Translations under genes and position numbers: made by a program
The notes under the pieces: generated by a model
What the model saw: only the letters and a program-made list of their open reading frames with translations
Told to the model about the DNA's origin: nothing
Databases searched by the model: none
Part shown: positions 37,684 to 47,433 of the stretch, one piece after another
Position numbering within the stretch: the stretch's first letter is position 1
Layout: the number at the start of each line of letters is the position of its first letter
Source: Acidimicrobiales bacterium
Lineage (GTDB): Bacteria > Actinomycetota > Acidimicrobiia > Acidimicrobiales > SHLQ01
Direction: 5' to 3'
Length of the DNA: 51,581 nt
NCBI GenBank assembly: GCA_004282895.1
Contig: SHLQ01000003.1
Location: 1-51,581, forward strand

Positions 37684-38597
37684 TGGTCGATCTGTCGACA
37701 ACAGTCGGCGATCTGTCGTTGCCGAACCCGGTGATGACGGCGTCCGGTACGGCCGGACACGGAGCCGAACTGGCATCGTATTTTGACCTCGCAGAGCTGG
37801 GGGCGCTGGTCGTCAAGTCCTTGTCGGTTATGCCCTGGGCGGGCAATCCCGCGCCACGCGTGGTGGAGATCGCGGGCGGCATGATGAACAGCGTTGGCCT
37901 CCAGGGCCCCGGCGTCGCCGGGTGGATCGAGGACGAGCTTCCGGCATTGCGCGATTCCGGTGCGCGGGTTGTGGCCAGTATCTGGGGCCGCACGGTCGAG
38001 GAATATCGGCAGGCCGCCGATGCGCTGCTTGAGGTCCAGGACGATCTTCTTGCCGTTGAAATCAACGTCTCGTGTCCGAACATCGAGGATCGAAGCAAGA
38101 TGTTCTCGCATTCGGCCGAAAGCGCTTCGGCGGTGCTCGAAGCCACGCAATCCATACGGATTCCCCGCTGGGCGAAATTGAGTCCGAATGTGCCCGATAT
38201 CGCGGAGATCGCGCACGCGGTCTGGCACGCAGGGGCGAATGCCGTCACGCTGACGAACACCCTCATCGGTATCGTGCTCGATCCGGTCACCGGCAAGCCA
38301 GTGCTGGGCGGAGGGGGCGGTGGGGTATCCGGTCAGGCGATTCGACCTGTCACACTGCGTGCGGTCTACGACGTGAGCGCGACGTACCCGGATCTGCCCA
38401 TCATCGGCGTTGGGGGTATCGCTGCAGCCGAACATGCTGTGCAGTACCTTCGGGCGGGTGCGAGCGCCGTGCAGGTGGGCACGGCAACGTTCGAGAACCC
38501 AAGAGCTACCCACAAGATCGCAAAGGATCTCGGCCGCTGGTGCCGAGAACAGGGAGTTGAGCGCATCACCGATCTAATCGGTACGGCGCACGTGTGA
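37683..38597 (+). CDS. pyrD: Dihydroorotate dehydrogenase, family 1B catalytic subunit
   Basis: NPVMTASGT, GN..PR, N.VGL, EINVSCPN, KLSPNV, GG.SG, IIGVGGI, VQVGTA. Confidence 0.93.
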   Translation: MVDLSTTVGDLSLPNPVMTASGTAGHGAELASYFDLAELGALVVKSLSVMPWAGNPAPRVVEIAGGMMNSVGLQGPGVAGWIEDELPALRDSGARVVASIWGRTVEEYRQAADALLEVQDDLLAVEINVSCPNIEDRSKMFSHSAESASAVLEATQSIRIPRWAKLSPNVPDIAEIAHAVWHAGANAVTLTNTLIGIVLDPVTGKPVLGGGGGGVSGQAIRPVTLRAVYDVSATYPDLPIIGVGGIAAAEHAVQYLRAGASAVQVGTATFENPRATHKIAKDLGRWCREQGVERITDLIGTAHV

Positions 38598-38616
38598 CAC
38601 CCATGGAGGACATGAC

Positions 38617-39312
38617 ATGACCGATGTTTCCGACGAACTCCGCAGCAAGCTGTGTGTTGCCCTCGACGTCGACGACCTCGTGGAGGCCGGCCGACTCGGA
38701 CGGGAGCTGCGGCCATGGTTCGGCGCCGCCAAGGTTGGCCTGGAGCTCTTCACCGCCGCAGGGGCCGACGCCATCGGCACGCTGATCGAGATGGGGTACG
38801 ACGTCTTTCTCGACCTCAAGATGTATGACATTCCCACAACCGTGGAGAAGGCATCCCGGGTGCTCGGCGCCCTGGGTGTGACCTACGCGACGTACCACGC
38901 CCAAGGTGGCCTCGACGTCCTGAAGGCGGGCGCCAACGGCCTGCGTGAGGGTGCATCCAACGCGGGACTTCCCGAGCCAAAACCTCTGGCGATCACCGTG
39001 CTCACCTCAGATGCCGGTGCACCGGAACACATCATGCCGAAACGGGTGCTCACCGCGGTCGAGGCTGGCATGGCCGGACTCGTGTGCTCGGCCGATGACG
39101 TGAAGGAGGCCAGCCACTACGCACCACGGTTGCTCGCGGTCACACCGGGAATTCGACCCGCAGGCGCGGACGCGCATGATCAGGCCCGTGTGGCCACACC
39201 CAAGGCAGCGATTGAGGCGGGCTCCGACCTACTGGTGATCGGGCGGGCCGTGACCCTTGCCGATGATCGCGTCGCGGCAGCCGAGTCGATTATCGAAAGC
39301 ATCCTGTCCTAG
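38617..39312 (+). CDS. pyrF: Orotidine-5'-phosphate decarboxylase
   Basis: ALD, KVGLELF, FLDLK.YDIP.TV, TVLTS, TPGIRP, DQ.R, VIGR. Confidence 0.96.
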   Translation: MTDVSDELRSKLCVALDVDDLVEAGRLGRELRPWFGAAKVGLELFTAAGADAIGTLIEMGYDVFLDLKMYDIPTTVEKASRVLGALGVTYATYHAQGGLDVLKAGANGLREGASNAGLPEPKPLAITVLTSDAGAPEHIMPKRVLTAVEAGMAGLVCSADDVKEASHYAPRLLAVTPGIRPAGADAHDQARVATPKAAIEAGSDLLVIGRAVTLADDRVAAAESIIESILS

Positions 39313-39325
39313 GTACGGTTCAGGG

Positions 39326-39637
39326 ATGCAGACATCCGGTGAGCGTGAGGCCGCCTACGCCCACATTGCGGCGGTCCGATCCTCGTGGGCCGGGTACAAA
39401 CAGCGGGTCATCGACGGGGATCTGTCCTACGACGAGATCTTTGTGATCGCCGACGAGGATCCCGTCCTGGCCACGATGAAGCTGTTGCCACTGATCGAAT
39501 CGATTCCGGAGGTCGGCAAAGTGCGGTCCAGGCGGGCGCTTGAAGGGTGCGGGATCGGTGAAGCGGTGACTGTCGCCGACGTCAAGGGTCACGCTCGAGC
39601 CGCCTTGCGCTCGGCGCTGGAGCTGGGTAGTGAGTGA
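39326..39637 (+). CDS. mihF: Actinobacterial integration host factor-like protein (divergent)
   Basis: Lies between pyrF and gmk; MKLLPLIESIPEVGKVRSRRALE resembles the mIHF H2TH motif; start at ATG 39326. Confidence 0.75.
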   Translation: MQTSGEREAAYAHIAAVRSSWAGYKQRVIDGDLSYDEIFVIADEDPVLATMKLLPLIESIPEVGKVRSRRALEGCGIGEAVTVADVKGHARAALRSALELGSE

Positions 39638-40193
39638 CACACTCGACGAGCTCGGGACCGTGGTGGTGATCTCTGGGCCAGGCGGCGTCGGCAAGGGAAC
39701 GGTCGTCGAACGTTTGGTGGATATCGACGATTCGTTGGTGCTGTCGCGTAGTTGGACCACTCGTGCGCCCCGCCCCGGGGAGTCGCCCGACGCGTATGAG
39801 TTCGTTACGAAGACAGACTTCCTGAACGCACTAACCGCAGGGGAGTTCCTCGAGTGGAACCACTTCCTCGGCTCGGCCTACTACGCATCACCGGTCCCAC
39901 GGGGGCTCAACGGACGCACGCTGGTTCTCGAGATCGATGTGAACGGCGCGCGTCAGGTGTTGGAACGCGTGCCCGAAGCCATCCTGGTATTCATTGACGC
40001 GCCCACTCCCGAAGAACAACAAAACCGGCTGGTTGGACGAGGTGACACCCCCGAACAGGTGGAACGGCGCATGGCCGCAGGTCGAGCGGAGCGGGCGCTG
40101 GCCCAGGAGCTGCCCTACGAGTACGTCGAGAACACGGTGTTGGACGACGCAGTAAATGCGCTGACGTCCATCATTGCTCGCAGAACCAGCTGA
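39630..40193 (+). CDS. gmk: Guanylate kinase
   Basis: SGPGGVGKGT, S.TTR.PRPGE, FLEW, LEIDVNGA, RL.GRG. Confidence 0.96.
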   Translation: MSDTLDELGTVVVISGPGGVGKGTVVERLVDIDDSLVLSRSWTTRAPRPGESPDAYEFVTKTDFLNALTAGEFLEWNHFLGSAYYASPVPRGLNGRTLVLEIDVNGARQVLERVPEAILVFIDAPTPEEQQNRLVGRGDTPEQVERRMAAGRAERALAQELPYEYVENTVLDDAVNALTSIIARRTS

Positions 40194-40237
40194 TACGCTG
40201 GAGAGTCGGCCTATTGGCCTCGCGTACAGGAGTTCCC

Positions 40238-40561
40238 ATGTCTGAAGAAACGTCCATGATTGATCCGCAGGTCGAGACGCTGCTCGAGCTTGCTGGCTCC
40301 AAGTTCCGGCTGGTCACGCTCGGCTCGAAGCGGGCCCGTCAGATCAACGCCTACTTCGGACAGTTGGGTGATGGTCTGGGTTCGAGTATTCCGCCGCAGG
40401 TGACCAGCACGGCCCGCAAGCCGCTGTCGATCGCCTTCGAGGAGATCGCCGCCAAGAAGATCGAGCCGATCGAGCGTGACTTCGAGGCCGAGGCGCTGGC
40501 CGAGGCCCAAGCAGCCGCAGACGCCGCCGCGCTTGACGCCGAGCTCGCTGAAGCCGACTGA
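40238..40561 (+). CDS. rpoZ: RNA polymerase omega subunit
   Basis: SKFRLV..SKRARQINAYF, KPLSIAFEEI; AGGAG SD before ATG 40238. Confidence 0.95.
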   Translation: MSEETSMIDPQVETLLELAGSKFRLVTLGSKRARQINAYFGQLGDGLGSSIPPQVTSTARKPLSIAFEEIAAKKIEPIERDFEAEALAEAQAAADAAALDAELAEAD

Positions 40562-40569
40562 GCCAACCC

Positions 40570-41757
40570 ATGTCGGCACTCCACGGCACCCGGGTCGTTC
40601 TGGGAGTCACCGGCGGAATCGCGGCATACAAGGCGGTTGAGGTAAGCCGCCGCCTGGTGGATGCGGGCGCGCACGTGGTGCCGATTCTCACGGCAGGCGC
40701 CGAGAAGTTCATCGGCCGCGTGACCTTCGATGCGTTGGCATCGGAGAAGGTCCAGACCTCGCTGTGGGACGAGAGCAGTCCGATCCCACACACCACGCTC
40801 GGCCAGACCGCCGATCTCATCATCGTTGCGCCCGCCACCGCCCGGCTCCTCAGCGACTACCGCACCGGCCGGTCCGATGACCTGTTGACCGCCACCCTGA
40901 TTGCGACGCGGGCGCCGGTGCTTGTGGCGCCGGCGATGCACACCGAAATGTGGGAACACGCGGCGGTGCAGGACAACATCTCCACACTGCGCGACCGGGG
41001 TGTACATATCGTCAACCCGGAGGCTGGACGGCTTGCGGGCGGTGACCTCGGCTTCGGACGCCTCGCAGCGCCGGAGACGATCGTTGCCCATGCGGAGCGC
41101 GTCCTCTCCGCCGGTGACCTGGTCGGAACCCACGTGGTCATCACCGCCGGTGGGACTCGGGAGGCCATCGACCCGGTCCGCGTCATCTCGAACCGGTCCA
41201 CGGGAAAACAGGGCTACGCGCTGGCCGAGGCTGCCTGGGCTCGCGGAGCGAGGGTGACGCTGATCTCCACGGTCGACCGACCCGATCCCGTCGCTGTGGA
41301 GGTGGTGCAGGTGGCGTCGGCGGCCGAGATGCAATTAGCGGTCGAAGCGGTCAACACGGCGGACGTCATCATCATGGCGGCTGCGGTGGCCGACTTCCGG
41401 CCGGCCAATCCGGCCGACCAGAAGATCAAGAAGGGGGACGCCGCGACGCCCGCGATCGAGCTCGAGCGAACGCATGACTTCCTTGTCGATTTGGGGGCAT
41501 CGAAAGCCGAAGGTCAGACGATCGTGGGGTTTGCCGCAGAGACGAACGATCTTGTCTCGAATGCTCGAGGCAAACTCGAACGCAAGAACCTCGACCTGAT
41601 CGTGGCCAATGACGTGTCTGAACCCGGGGCCGGCTTCGGACACGACACGAACAAGGTGACGATTCTTGGCCAGAACGGTGCCGAATCCGATGTCGCGATG
41701 TCATCCAAACGAGTGGTGGCCGATGCGATACTGGACGCCGTGGTGGCCATCCGCTGA
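40570..41757 (+). CDS. coaBC: Phosphopantothenoylcysteine decarboxylase/ligase
   Basis: GGIAAYK, APATA, PAMH.EM, TAGGTREAIDPVR..SN.STGKQG, AAVADF, GFAAET. Confidence 0.97.
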   Translation: MSALHGTRVVLGVTGGIAAYKAVEVSRRLVDAGAHVVPILTAGAEKFIGRVTFDALASEKVQTSLWDESSPIPHTTLGQTADLIIVAPATARLLSDYRTGRSDDLLTATLIATRAPVLVAPAMHTEMWEHAAVQDNISTLRDRGVHIVNPEAGRLAGGDLGFGRLAAPETIVAHAERVLSAGDLVGTHVVITAGGTREAIDPVRVISNRSTGKQGYALAEAAWARGARVTLISTVDRPDPVAVEVVQVASAAEMQLAVEAVNTADVIIMAAAVADFRPANPADQKIKKGDAATPAIELERTHDFLVDLGASKAEGQTIVGFAAETNDLVSNARGKLERKNLDLIVANDVSEPGAGFGHDTNKVTILGQNGAESDVAMSSKRVVADAILDAVVAIR

Positions 41758-41838
41758 CTCGGCCCCACTGGCCCGAGTGAACCGGGTCGAATCTTCACTG
41801 AACATCTACAGTAGTCCTGTCAATCCAAGGAGAACGTT

Positions 41839-43038
41839 GTGACCACGAACTACACCTTCACATCGGAGTCGGTGACCGAGGGCCATCCCGACAAGATGGC
41901 CGACCAGATCTCGGACTCGATTCTCGATGCGATTCTCGAACAGGATCCGATGTCCCGGGTCGCCTGCGAAACGATGGTCACGACCGGCCTGGCCATGGTC
42001 GCCGGTGAGATCACCACGTCTGCCTACGTTGACATACCCGCTGTTGTTCGCGAGACGATCAACGAAATCGGATATGACCGTGAGTCCTTTGGGTTCGATG
42101 GAAACACCTGCGGTGTGATGGTCTCGATCGACGAGCAGTCTCCCGATATCGCCCAGGGTGTTGACGACAGCGAGGAAGTTCGCTCGGGTACCTCAGGTGA
42201 AGAGGACGATCTCGACAAACAGGGTGCGGGCGACCAGGGAATGATGTTCGGCTACGCCTGCAACGAGACCGATGCTCTCATGCCGCTTCCCATTCACGTT
42301 GCGCACCGGATGGCCGAACGACTGGCGGCGGTTCGCAAAGCTGGCACGGTGCCGTACCTGCGGCCTGACGGCAAGACCCAGGTGACCTTCGACTACGAGG
42401 ACGGGCGTCCAACGAAGCTGCGGGCTGTCCTCATCTCGACCCAACACAACGACGGTGTCGATCGCGACACGATGATCCGCCCAGATCTCATCGACAACGT
42501 GATCAAACCCGTGATTCCGTCGGAGTATGCCGATGATGACTACGAGGTCTACATCAACCCGACCGGACGGTTTGTGATCGGTGGACCCGTCGGTGATGCC
42601 GGCCTCACCGGCCGCAAGATCATTGTGGATACCTACGGCGGGATGGGTCGTCACGGCGGCGGCGCATTCTCGGGCAAGGACCCCTCCAAGGTGGACCGTT
42701 CCGCCGCTTATGCGACCCGCTGGGTGGCAAAGAACCTGGTGGCTGCCGGCGCCGCTGACCGGTGCGAAGTGCAGGTTGCCTACGCCATCGGCATGGCTCG
42801 GCCCGTCTCGGTGTACGTCGAGACGTTTGGTACCGCCCATGTCGATCCGGAGAAGGTCAGCGATGTCGTGCAAGACGTGTTCGATCTCCGTCCCGCCGCC
42901 ATTCTGCGCGACCTTCAGCTGCGCCGCCCGGTGTTCAAACCGACCGCCGCCTATGGCCACTTCGGGCGAACCGGCGATGGCTTCACGTGGGAGAACACGG
43001 ATCGCACCAGCGACCTGAAGTCCGCCCTCGGGCTGTAG
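41839..43038 (+). CDS. metK: S-adenosylmethionine synthetase
   Basis: [47 protein letters not shown]. Confidence 0.99.
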   Translation: MTTNYTFTSESVTEGHPDKMADQISDSILDAILEQDPMSRVACETMVTTGLAMVAGEITTSAYVDIPAVVRETINEIGYDRESFGFDGNTCGVMVSIDEQSPDIAQGVDDSEEVRSGTSGEEDDLDKQGAGDQGMMFGYACNETDALMPLPIHVAHRMAERLAAVRKAGTVPYLRPDGKTQVTFDYEDGRPTKLRAVLISTQHNDGVDRDTMIRPDLIDNVIKPVIPSEYADDDYEVYINPTGRFVIGGPVGDAGLTGRKIIVDTYGGMGRHGGGAFSGKDPSKVDRSAAYATRWVAKNLVAAGAADRCEVQVAYAIGMARPVSVYVETFGTAHVDPEKVSDVVQDVFDLRPAAILRDLQLRRPVFKPTAAYGHFGRTGDGFTWENTDRTSDLKSALGL

Positions 43039-43048
43039 TTTCACGGGG

Positions 43049-44845
43049 GTGACCGACCCCTTGCCAGGATTCGAACAACCCGCCGCACCGCCGCGGGTTG
43101 ATTCGGTTTTCTCAGGCCGAGTCGTACGGGTACAGCCCGATATCACCGGCGTCCAGCGGCAGTTCGACTACGTGGTTCCGGCCGCGTGGGAGGATGACGG
43201 CCGAGCCGCGAAGATCGCCGTCGGATCGCTGGTGCGGGTGGATTTCCATGGCCGTCGCACCGCGGGCTGGATCACCGATGTCGACGTGACCCCCGATCCG
43301 TCACTAGAGCTCCGGGCACTGGCGAAATGGTCGTCGGTGGGACCGCCACAGGAGTTGATTGCACTGGGCGACTGGGCGGCCTGGCGATGGGCCGGGCGGT
43401 TGCCGCACTTTCTTCGTGCTGCATCCCCGCAACGTATGGTCGAGGAGGTCGCACCCCGAGTGGAACCCCCGATAGCGGACGCCAACCCCGCAATGGACGC
43501 GGTGTTCAGCCCGGGGGTGACACACGTCCGGACAACCCCCAATGACTCCGGCCTGGCGGTCGCGATCGAAGCCGCCGTCCGGGGTAGCGCACTGATCCTG
43601 GTACCGACCCTTCACCAGCGAACGGAGTTCTCGCGGGCGCTGCGGAACCAGGGATTCGATGTGGCGGGGTATCCCGAGCAGTGGGCCCGCTCGGCGTCGG
43701 GTGTGTTGACCGTTGGCACCCGACTCGGCGCGTGGGCGCCGGTGCCGGAACCCGCGAGCATCGTGGTGATCGATGAGCACGACCGCGCGTACAAAGAGGA
43801 GCGAACGCCCGCATGGAACGCACGTGATGTCGCAATCGAGCGAGCGCGTCGAGGCGGAGTGCCATGTGTGCTTACGTCGCCTTCCCCATCGTTGGAGGGT
43901 CTGGAGACCGCCGACCGCAGACTCAGTCCCGAACGCTCGGTCGAGCGTGAATCCTGGCCGGTTGTCGACGTCGTGGACCTTCGCACCGCAGATCGTCCGG
44001 GACTTCTGACCGACGCCATCGTGTCGCTCGTACGCGACAGCACCACGGTTGCCTGCATCCTCAATCGGAAGGGCCGGTCGCGAATGTTGGCGTGCGGCAA
44101 CTGCGATGCGTTGGCCACGTGTGATGCGTGTGGTGTTGCCGTACATCAACCCGATGACACCACCTTGGAGTGTGTGAGTTGTGGCACGACTCGCCCCGTC
44201 GTGTGTTCTGCGTGTGGCGCCACGAAGTTCAAGCTGATCCGTCCAGGAATCGGCCGCGTGGCCGAGGACCTGCGGGCGCTGGCCAAGCGGGACGTGATCG
44301 AAGTGACGGCAGAGACCGACGCTGCGGACATGTCCGGCGAAGGGTTGTTCATTGGAACCGAGGCATTGTTGCGCCGCTTGCCGAACGCCGACGCAGTTGT
44401 CTTCCTGGACTTTGACCAAGAACTTGCCGTTCCGCGATCGCGGGCGGCGGAGGATGCCTTCTCCATGTTGGCCCTGGCGGCCCGACGGGTCGGCCCGCGC
44501 TCTCAGGGCGGACGGGTCGTCATTCAGACCCGCAAACCCGACGACATCGTCGTGCAGGCCGCCCTTCACGGCGACCCCAAACGAGTCGCGGAATCACAAC
44601 GGGATGTCCGAAGGGTGTTTGGTCAGCCGCCGTATGGCGCGTGGGCAGTGGTGTCGGGTGCGGGTTCGGCGACGTTCATCGAGCGACTGCGGGCCGTCGA
44701 CGAGTCGGCCTCTCTTCGGTTGGCCCAGCTCGGCGACCGATGGCGAATCGCCGCGGAGTCCCATACGGAGCTTCTGGAGATCATCAACGCGGTAGATCGG
44801 CCAGCGGAACGGCTGCGAATCGACGTCGACCCCATCGACCTCTGA
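43049..44845 (+). CDS. priA: Primosomal protein N' (PriA), degenerate helicase motifs
   Basis: FDY.VP..G..VRV.F.GR 3'-binding domain, four CxxC pairs, V.IQT, PP; follows metK. Confidence 0.88.
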   Translation: MTDPLPGFEQPAAPPRVDSVFSGRVVRVQPDITGVQRQFDYVVPAAWEDDGRAAKIAVGSLVRVDFHGRRTAGWITDVDVTPDPSLELRALAKWSSVGPPQELIALGDWAAWRWAGRLPHFLRAASPQRMVEEVAPRVEPPIADANPAMDAVFSPGVTHVRTTPNDSGLAVAIEAAVRGSALILVPTLHQRTEFSRALRNQGFDVAGYPEQWARSASGVLTVGTRLGAWAPVPEPASIVVIDEHDRAYKEERTPAWNARDVAIERARRGGVPCVLTSPSPSLEGLETADRRLSPERSVERESWPVVDVVDLRTADRPGLLTDAIVSLVRDSTTVACILNRKGRSRMLACGNCDALATCDACGVAVHQPDDTTLECVSCGTTRPVVCSACGATKFKLIRPGIGRVAEDLRALAKRDVIEVTAETDAADMSGEGLFIGTEALLRRLPNADAVVFLDFDQELAVPRSRAAEDAFSMLALAARRVGPRSQGGRVVIQTRKPDDIVVQAALHGDPKRVAESQRDVRRVFGQPPYGAWAVVSGAGSATFIERLRAVDESASLRLAQLGDRWRIAAESHTELLEIINAVDRPAERLRIDVDPIDL

Positions 44846-44866
44846 GCGACGATCTACGCTGATGCC

Positions 44867-46942
44867 ATGACGACTGTTGAGAACCGCCGCACGACCGTCC
44901 TTGGTACCTGCCACCACGACTGTCCGGACACCTGCGGGTGGATCGCCACCGCCGAAGACGGCGTGCTGATCGAGGTCAAGGGCAACCCGGACCACCCGTA
45001 TTCCGACGGTCAACTGTGCCCAAAGATCAATCGACTCGTCCATCGGGTCAACAGCGATGATCGGATCCTGACACCGCTGATTCGGTCCGGTCCGAAAGGA
45101 ACAGGACAGTTTCGTGAATCGAGCTGGGAAGAGGCTCTCAACTTGGTGGTTGAGCGGACGAACGCTGCACGCGCCGAGTTCGGCGGCGAGACGATTCTGC
45201 CGTGGAACAGCGCCGGCACTCAGGGACACATTCAAGAAAGCTCACTTGATCGGGCACTGTTCACAAAGCTCGGATCCTCTCGTCAGACCGGCAGCATCTG
45301 TGGTGTGGCCACCGGCGCCGGCATGGCGATGACCTATGGCGGCGTTCATGGCGCGGACCCACTCAACGTCGAACACTCCGACTTCGTGATCCTGTGGGCA
45401 ACGAACACCAAACTCACGAACCGTCATCTGTGGCCGTATGTGCAAAAGGCGCGAGAGCGCGGCGCGCCGATCGTGGTGATCGATTCGATGCGGACGATGA
45501 CCGCTGATGCCGCGGATATATTCATCCAGCCGCTTCCCGGCACGGATGTTGCGTTGATGTTGGCCGTCATGCACGTGTTGATCGCCGAGAATCTCATCGA
45601 TCACGAGTACGTCAACTCCCACGCCGACGGCTTCGGCGAGCTCGCGGAGAGTGTTGCCGAGAAAACGCCCGAATGGGGCGAAACACAATGCGGGGTCGCA
45701 GCGGAGGAGATTCGACAACTTGCCCGAGCGTACGGCGGCGCATCGGCACCGTTCATTCGGACGTTGATTGGTGCAGAACACCACGAATCCGGCGCGATGT
45801 TCTATCGAACCATTGCCTGCCTGCCTGTTCTCACGGGGGCGTGGCGGCACCTTGGCGGTGGCGTGGCGCGCAGTTGCGGAAGTCTGCAGTATGTCGATGA
45901 CGTCAGCTCATCGGTGTTCGATCACCCACATCTCGGCGATGGCTCGCCGCGCCGAGGGCTTCCGCAGCCTCAACTCGGCCGAAGCCTCACCACACTCGAC
46001 GATCCGCCGGTGTCGGTCCTGTTCGTGTGGGGCGGCAACCCGCTCAACTCTCTGCCGAATGCAGCAGCGACCCGCCGAGGCTTGGAGCGCGACGATCTGT
46101 TCACTGTCGTGTCGGAGCAGATGATGACGGACACGGCCAGGTATGCCGATGTGGTCTTCCCCGCCGCAACCCAAACGGAGAACCTCGATATCGTCCCGTC
46201 GTGGGGCCACCTCTGGCTGGGATACAACGAGCCGGCCACGGCACCGCGCGGCGAGGCGGTGGCGAACACCGAGCTGTGGCGGCGACTGTCCCGAGCGTTC
46301 GGCTTCACGGAACCGGAACTGTTTCTCTCCGACGAAGAGTTGATCGACGCCGCTCTGGCGCCACATGTGGACCGCGACGCACTGCGTCGTGATGGTTTCG
46401 TGCGCATCTCCGGCACAACCGATCACCTGCCTTACGCAGATGGAGGCTTTGGCACCCACAACGGCAAGGCGCAACTGGCGAATCCGCTCATGGAGACGAT
46501 GGGCCTTCCGAGCCTGCCTACCTTTTACACACCGACAGAATCCATGGGGAACGCGACCGCGGCCTATCCGCTGCATCTCCTCACACCGAAGAAGCAGCTT
46601 CGATTCCTGAACACGACCTATTCCGGATCTGCGGGACACGTGGATCGTGAACGCGGCCCGTTCCTCGAGATGGACGCAGCCGACGCAGAGACCCGAGGCC
46701 TACAAGCAGGCGACATGGCGAGGGTGTTCAACGATCGCGGCGAGCTTGAATTGGAGGTCGCGATCACGGATCGACTTCGTCCCGGTCTGGTCTCCGTGCC
46801 GTGGGGATTCTGGGCTGCGAACTATGGCTCGACCGGAGCGGTCGTCAACGACCTGACGAACGACGGCGACACCGATTGGGGCGGGGGAGCCGCTTATGGC
46901 GACACGTTGGTCGACGTCCAACCCTGCCGGCGGGCTTCATAG
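44867..46942 (+). CDS. Molybdopterin (DMSO reductase superfamily) oxidoreductase with N-terminal 4Fe-4S site
   Basis: CHHDCPDTC..G.LCPK, R...PL.R, PGTD.AL, T.TA.YAD...P, molybdopterin dinucleotide-binding C-terminus; no Tat signal. Confidence 0.92.
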   Translation: MTTVENRRTTVLGTCHHDCPDTCGWIATAEDGVLIEVKGNPDHPYSDGQLCPKINRLVHRVNSDDRILTPLIRSGPKGTGQFRESSWEEALNLVVERTNAARAEFGGETILPWNSAGTQGHIQESSLDRALFTKLGSSRQTGSICGVATGAGMAMTYGGVHGADPLNVEHSDFVILWATNTKLTNRHLWPYVQKARERGAPIVVIDSMRTMTADAADIFIQPLPGTDVALMLAVMHVLIAENLIDHEYVNSHADGFGELAESVAEKTPEWGETQCGVAAEEIRQLARAYGGASAPFIRTLIGAEHHESGAMFYRTIACLPVLTGAWRHLGGGVARSCGSLQYVDDVSSSVFDHPHLGDGSPRRGLPQPQLGRSLTTLDDPPVSVLFVWGGNPLNSLPNAAATRRGLERDDLFTVVSEQMMTDTARYADVVFPAATQTENLDIVPSWGHLWLGYNEPATAPRGEAVANTELWRRLSRAFGFTEPELFLSDEELIDAALAPHVDRDALRRDGFVRISGTTDHLPYADGGFGTHNGKAQLANPLMETMGLPSLPTFYTPTESMGNATAAYPLHLLTPKKQLRFLNTTYSGSAGHVDRERGPFLEMDAADAETRGLQAGDMARVFNDRGELELEVAITDRLRPGLVSVPWGFWAANYGSTGAVVNDLTNDGDTDWGGGAAYGDTLVDVQPCRRAS

Positions 46943-47433
46943 ACCGCCATCGAGGCGGCGACACCCACGTTGAGTGAGCCCACCTTGCCGACCTGAGGGA
47001 TGTAGCCAGCCTCGTGGATCAACCCCAGCAACTCTTTGGAGAGCCCGCGGTCTTCGTGTCCGACCGCAATGGCGACCGCACCGCTCAAGTCGAGCTCATG
47101 CAGCGGTTGTGCACCCGATGCAAGCTCGACGCCGATGACACGAAAGTTCGCGGCCGTGGCGGCGTCGTAGGCCTCGGTTGGCGTCTCGACGAACGTCCAC
47201 TCGACGTAGCGCTGCGTGCCGAGGGCCGTCTTGTTGGTTTTGGTGTGGGTTGGAGACTCCGTGGCTCCCACCAGCCAGAGATGCTCGACCCCAAGCGCAG
47301 CTGCGGTTCGAATGATGGTGCCGACGTTGTACGGCGTCTGCACGCTGTCGAGGATCAGGGCGATTCGTTGGTTCGTCTGGCGACGCCACTCCCGATGGAG
47401 GCGCTTCAGCTCGGTCGAATCGAGGTTCTTCAT
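46894..47433 (-). CDS. TrmH/SpoU family RNA methyltransferase
   Basis: LD.VQ.PYNVGTIIRTA, G.EDRGL, IPQ.G..GSLNV.VA; start at ATG 47433. Confidence 0.93.
   Translation of the reverse strand: MKNLDSTELKRLHREWRRQTNQRIALILDSVQTPYNVGTIIRTAAALGVEHLWLVGATESPTHTKTNKTALGTQRYVEWTFVETPTEAYDAATAANFRVIGVELASGAQPLHELDLSGAVAIAVGHEDRGLSKELLGLIHEAGYIPQVGKVGSLNVGVAASMAVYEARRQGWTSTNVSP

Noticed and set aside
41757-41838. Possible SAM riboswitch upstream of metK
   Set aside because: Only a weak ACTCGG/CCGAGT hairpin, which lies upstream of the likely -10 (TACAGT, 41807); the remaining leader is too short and has no SAM aptamer motif that I recognise.
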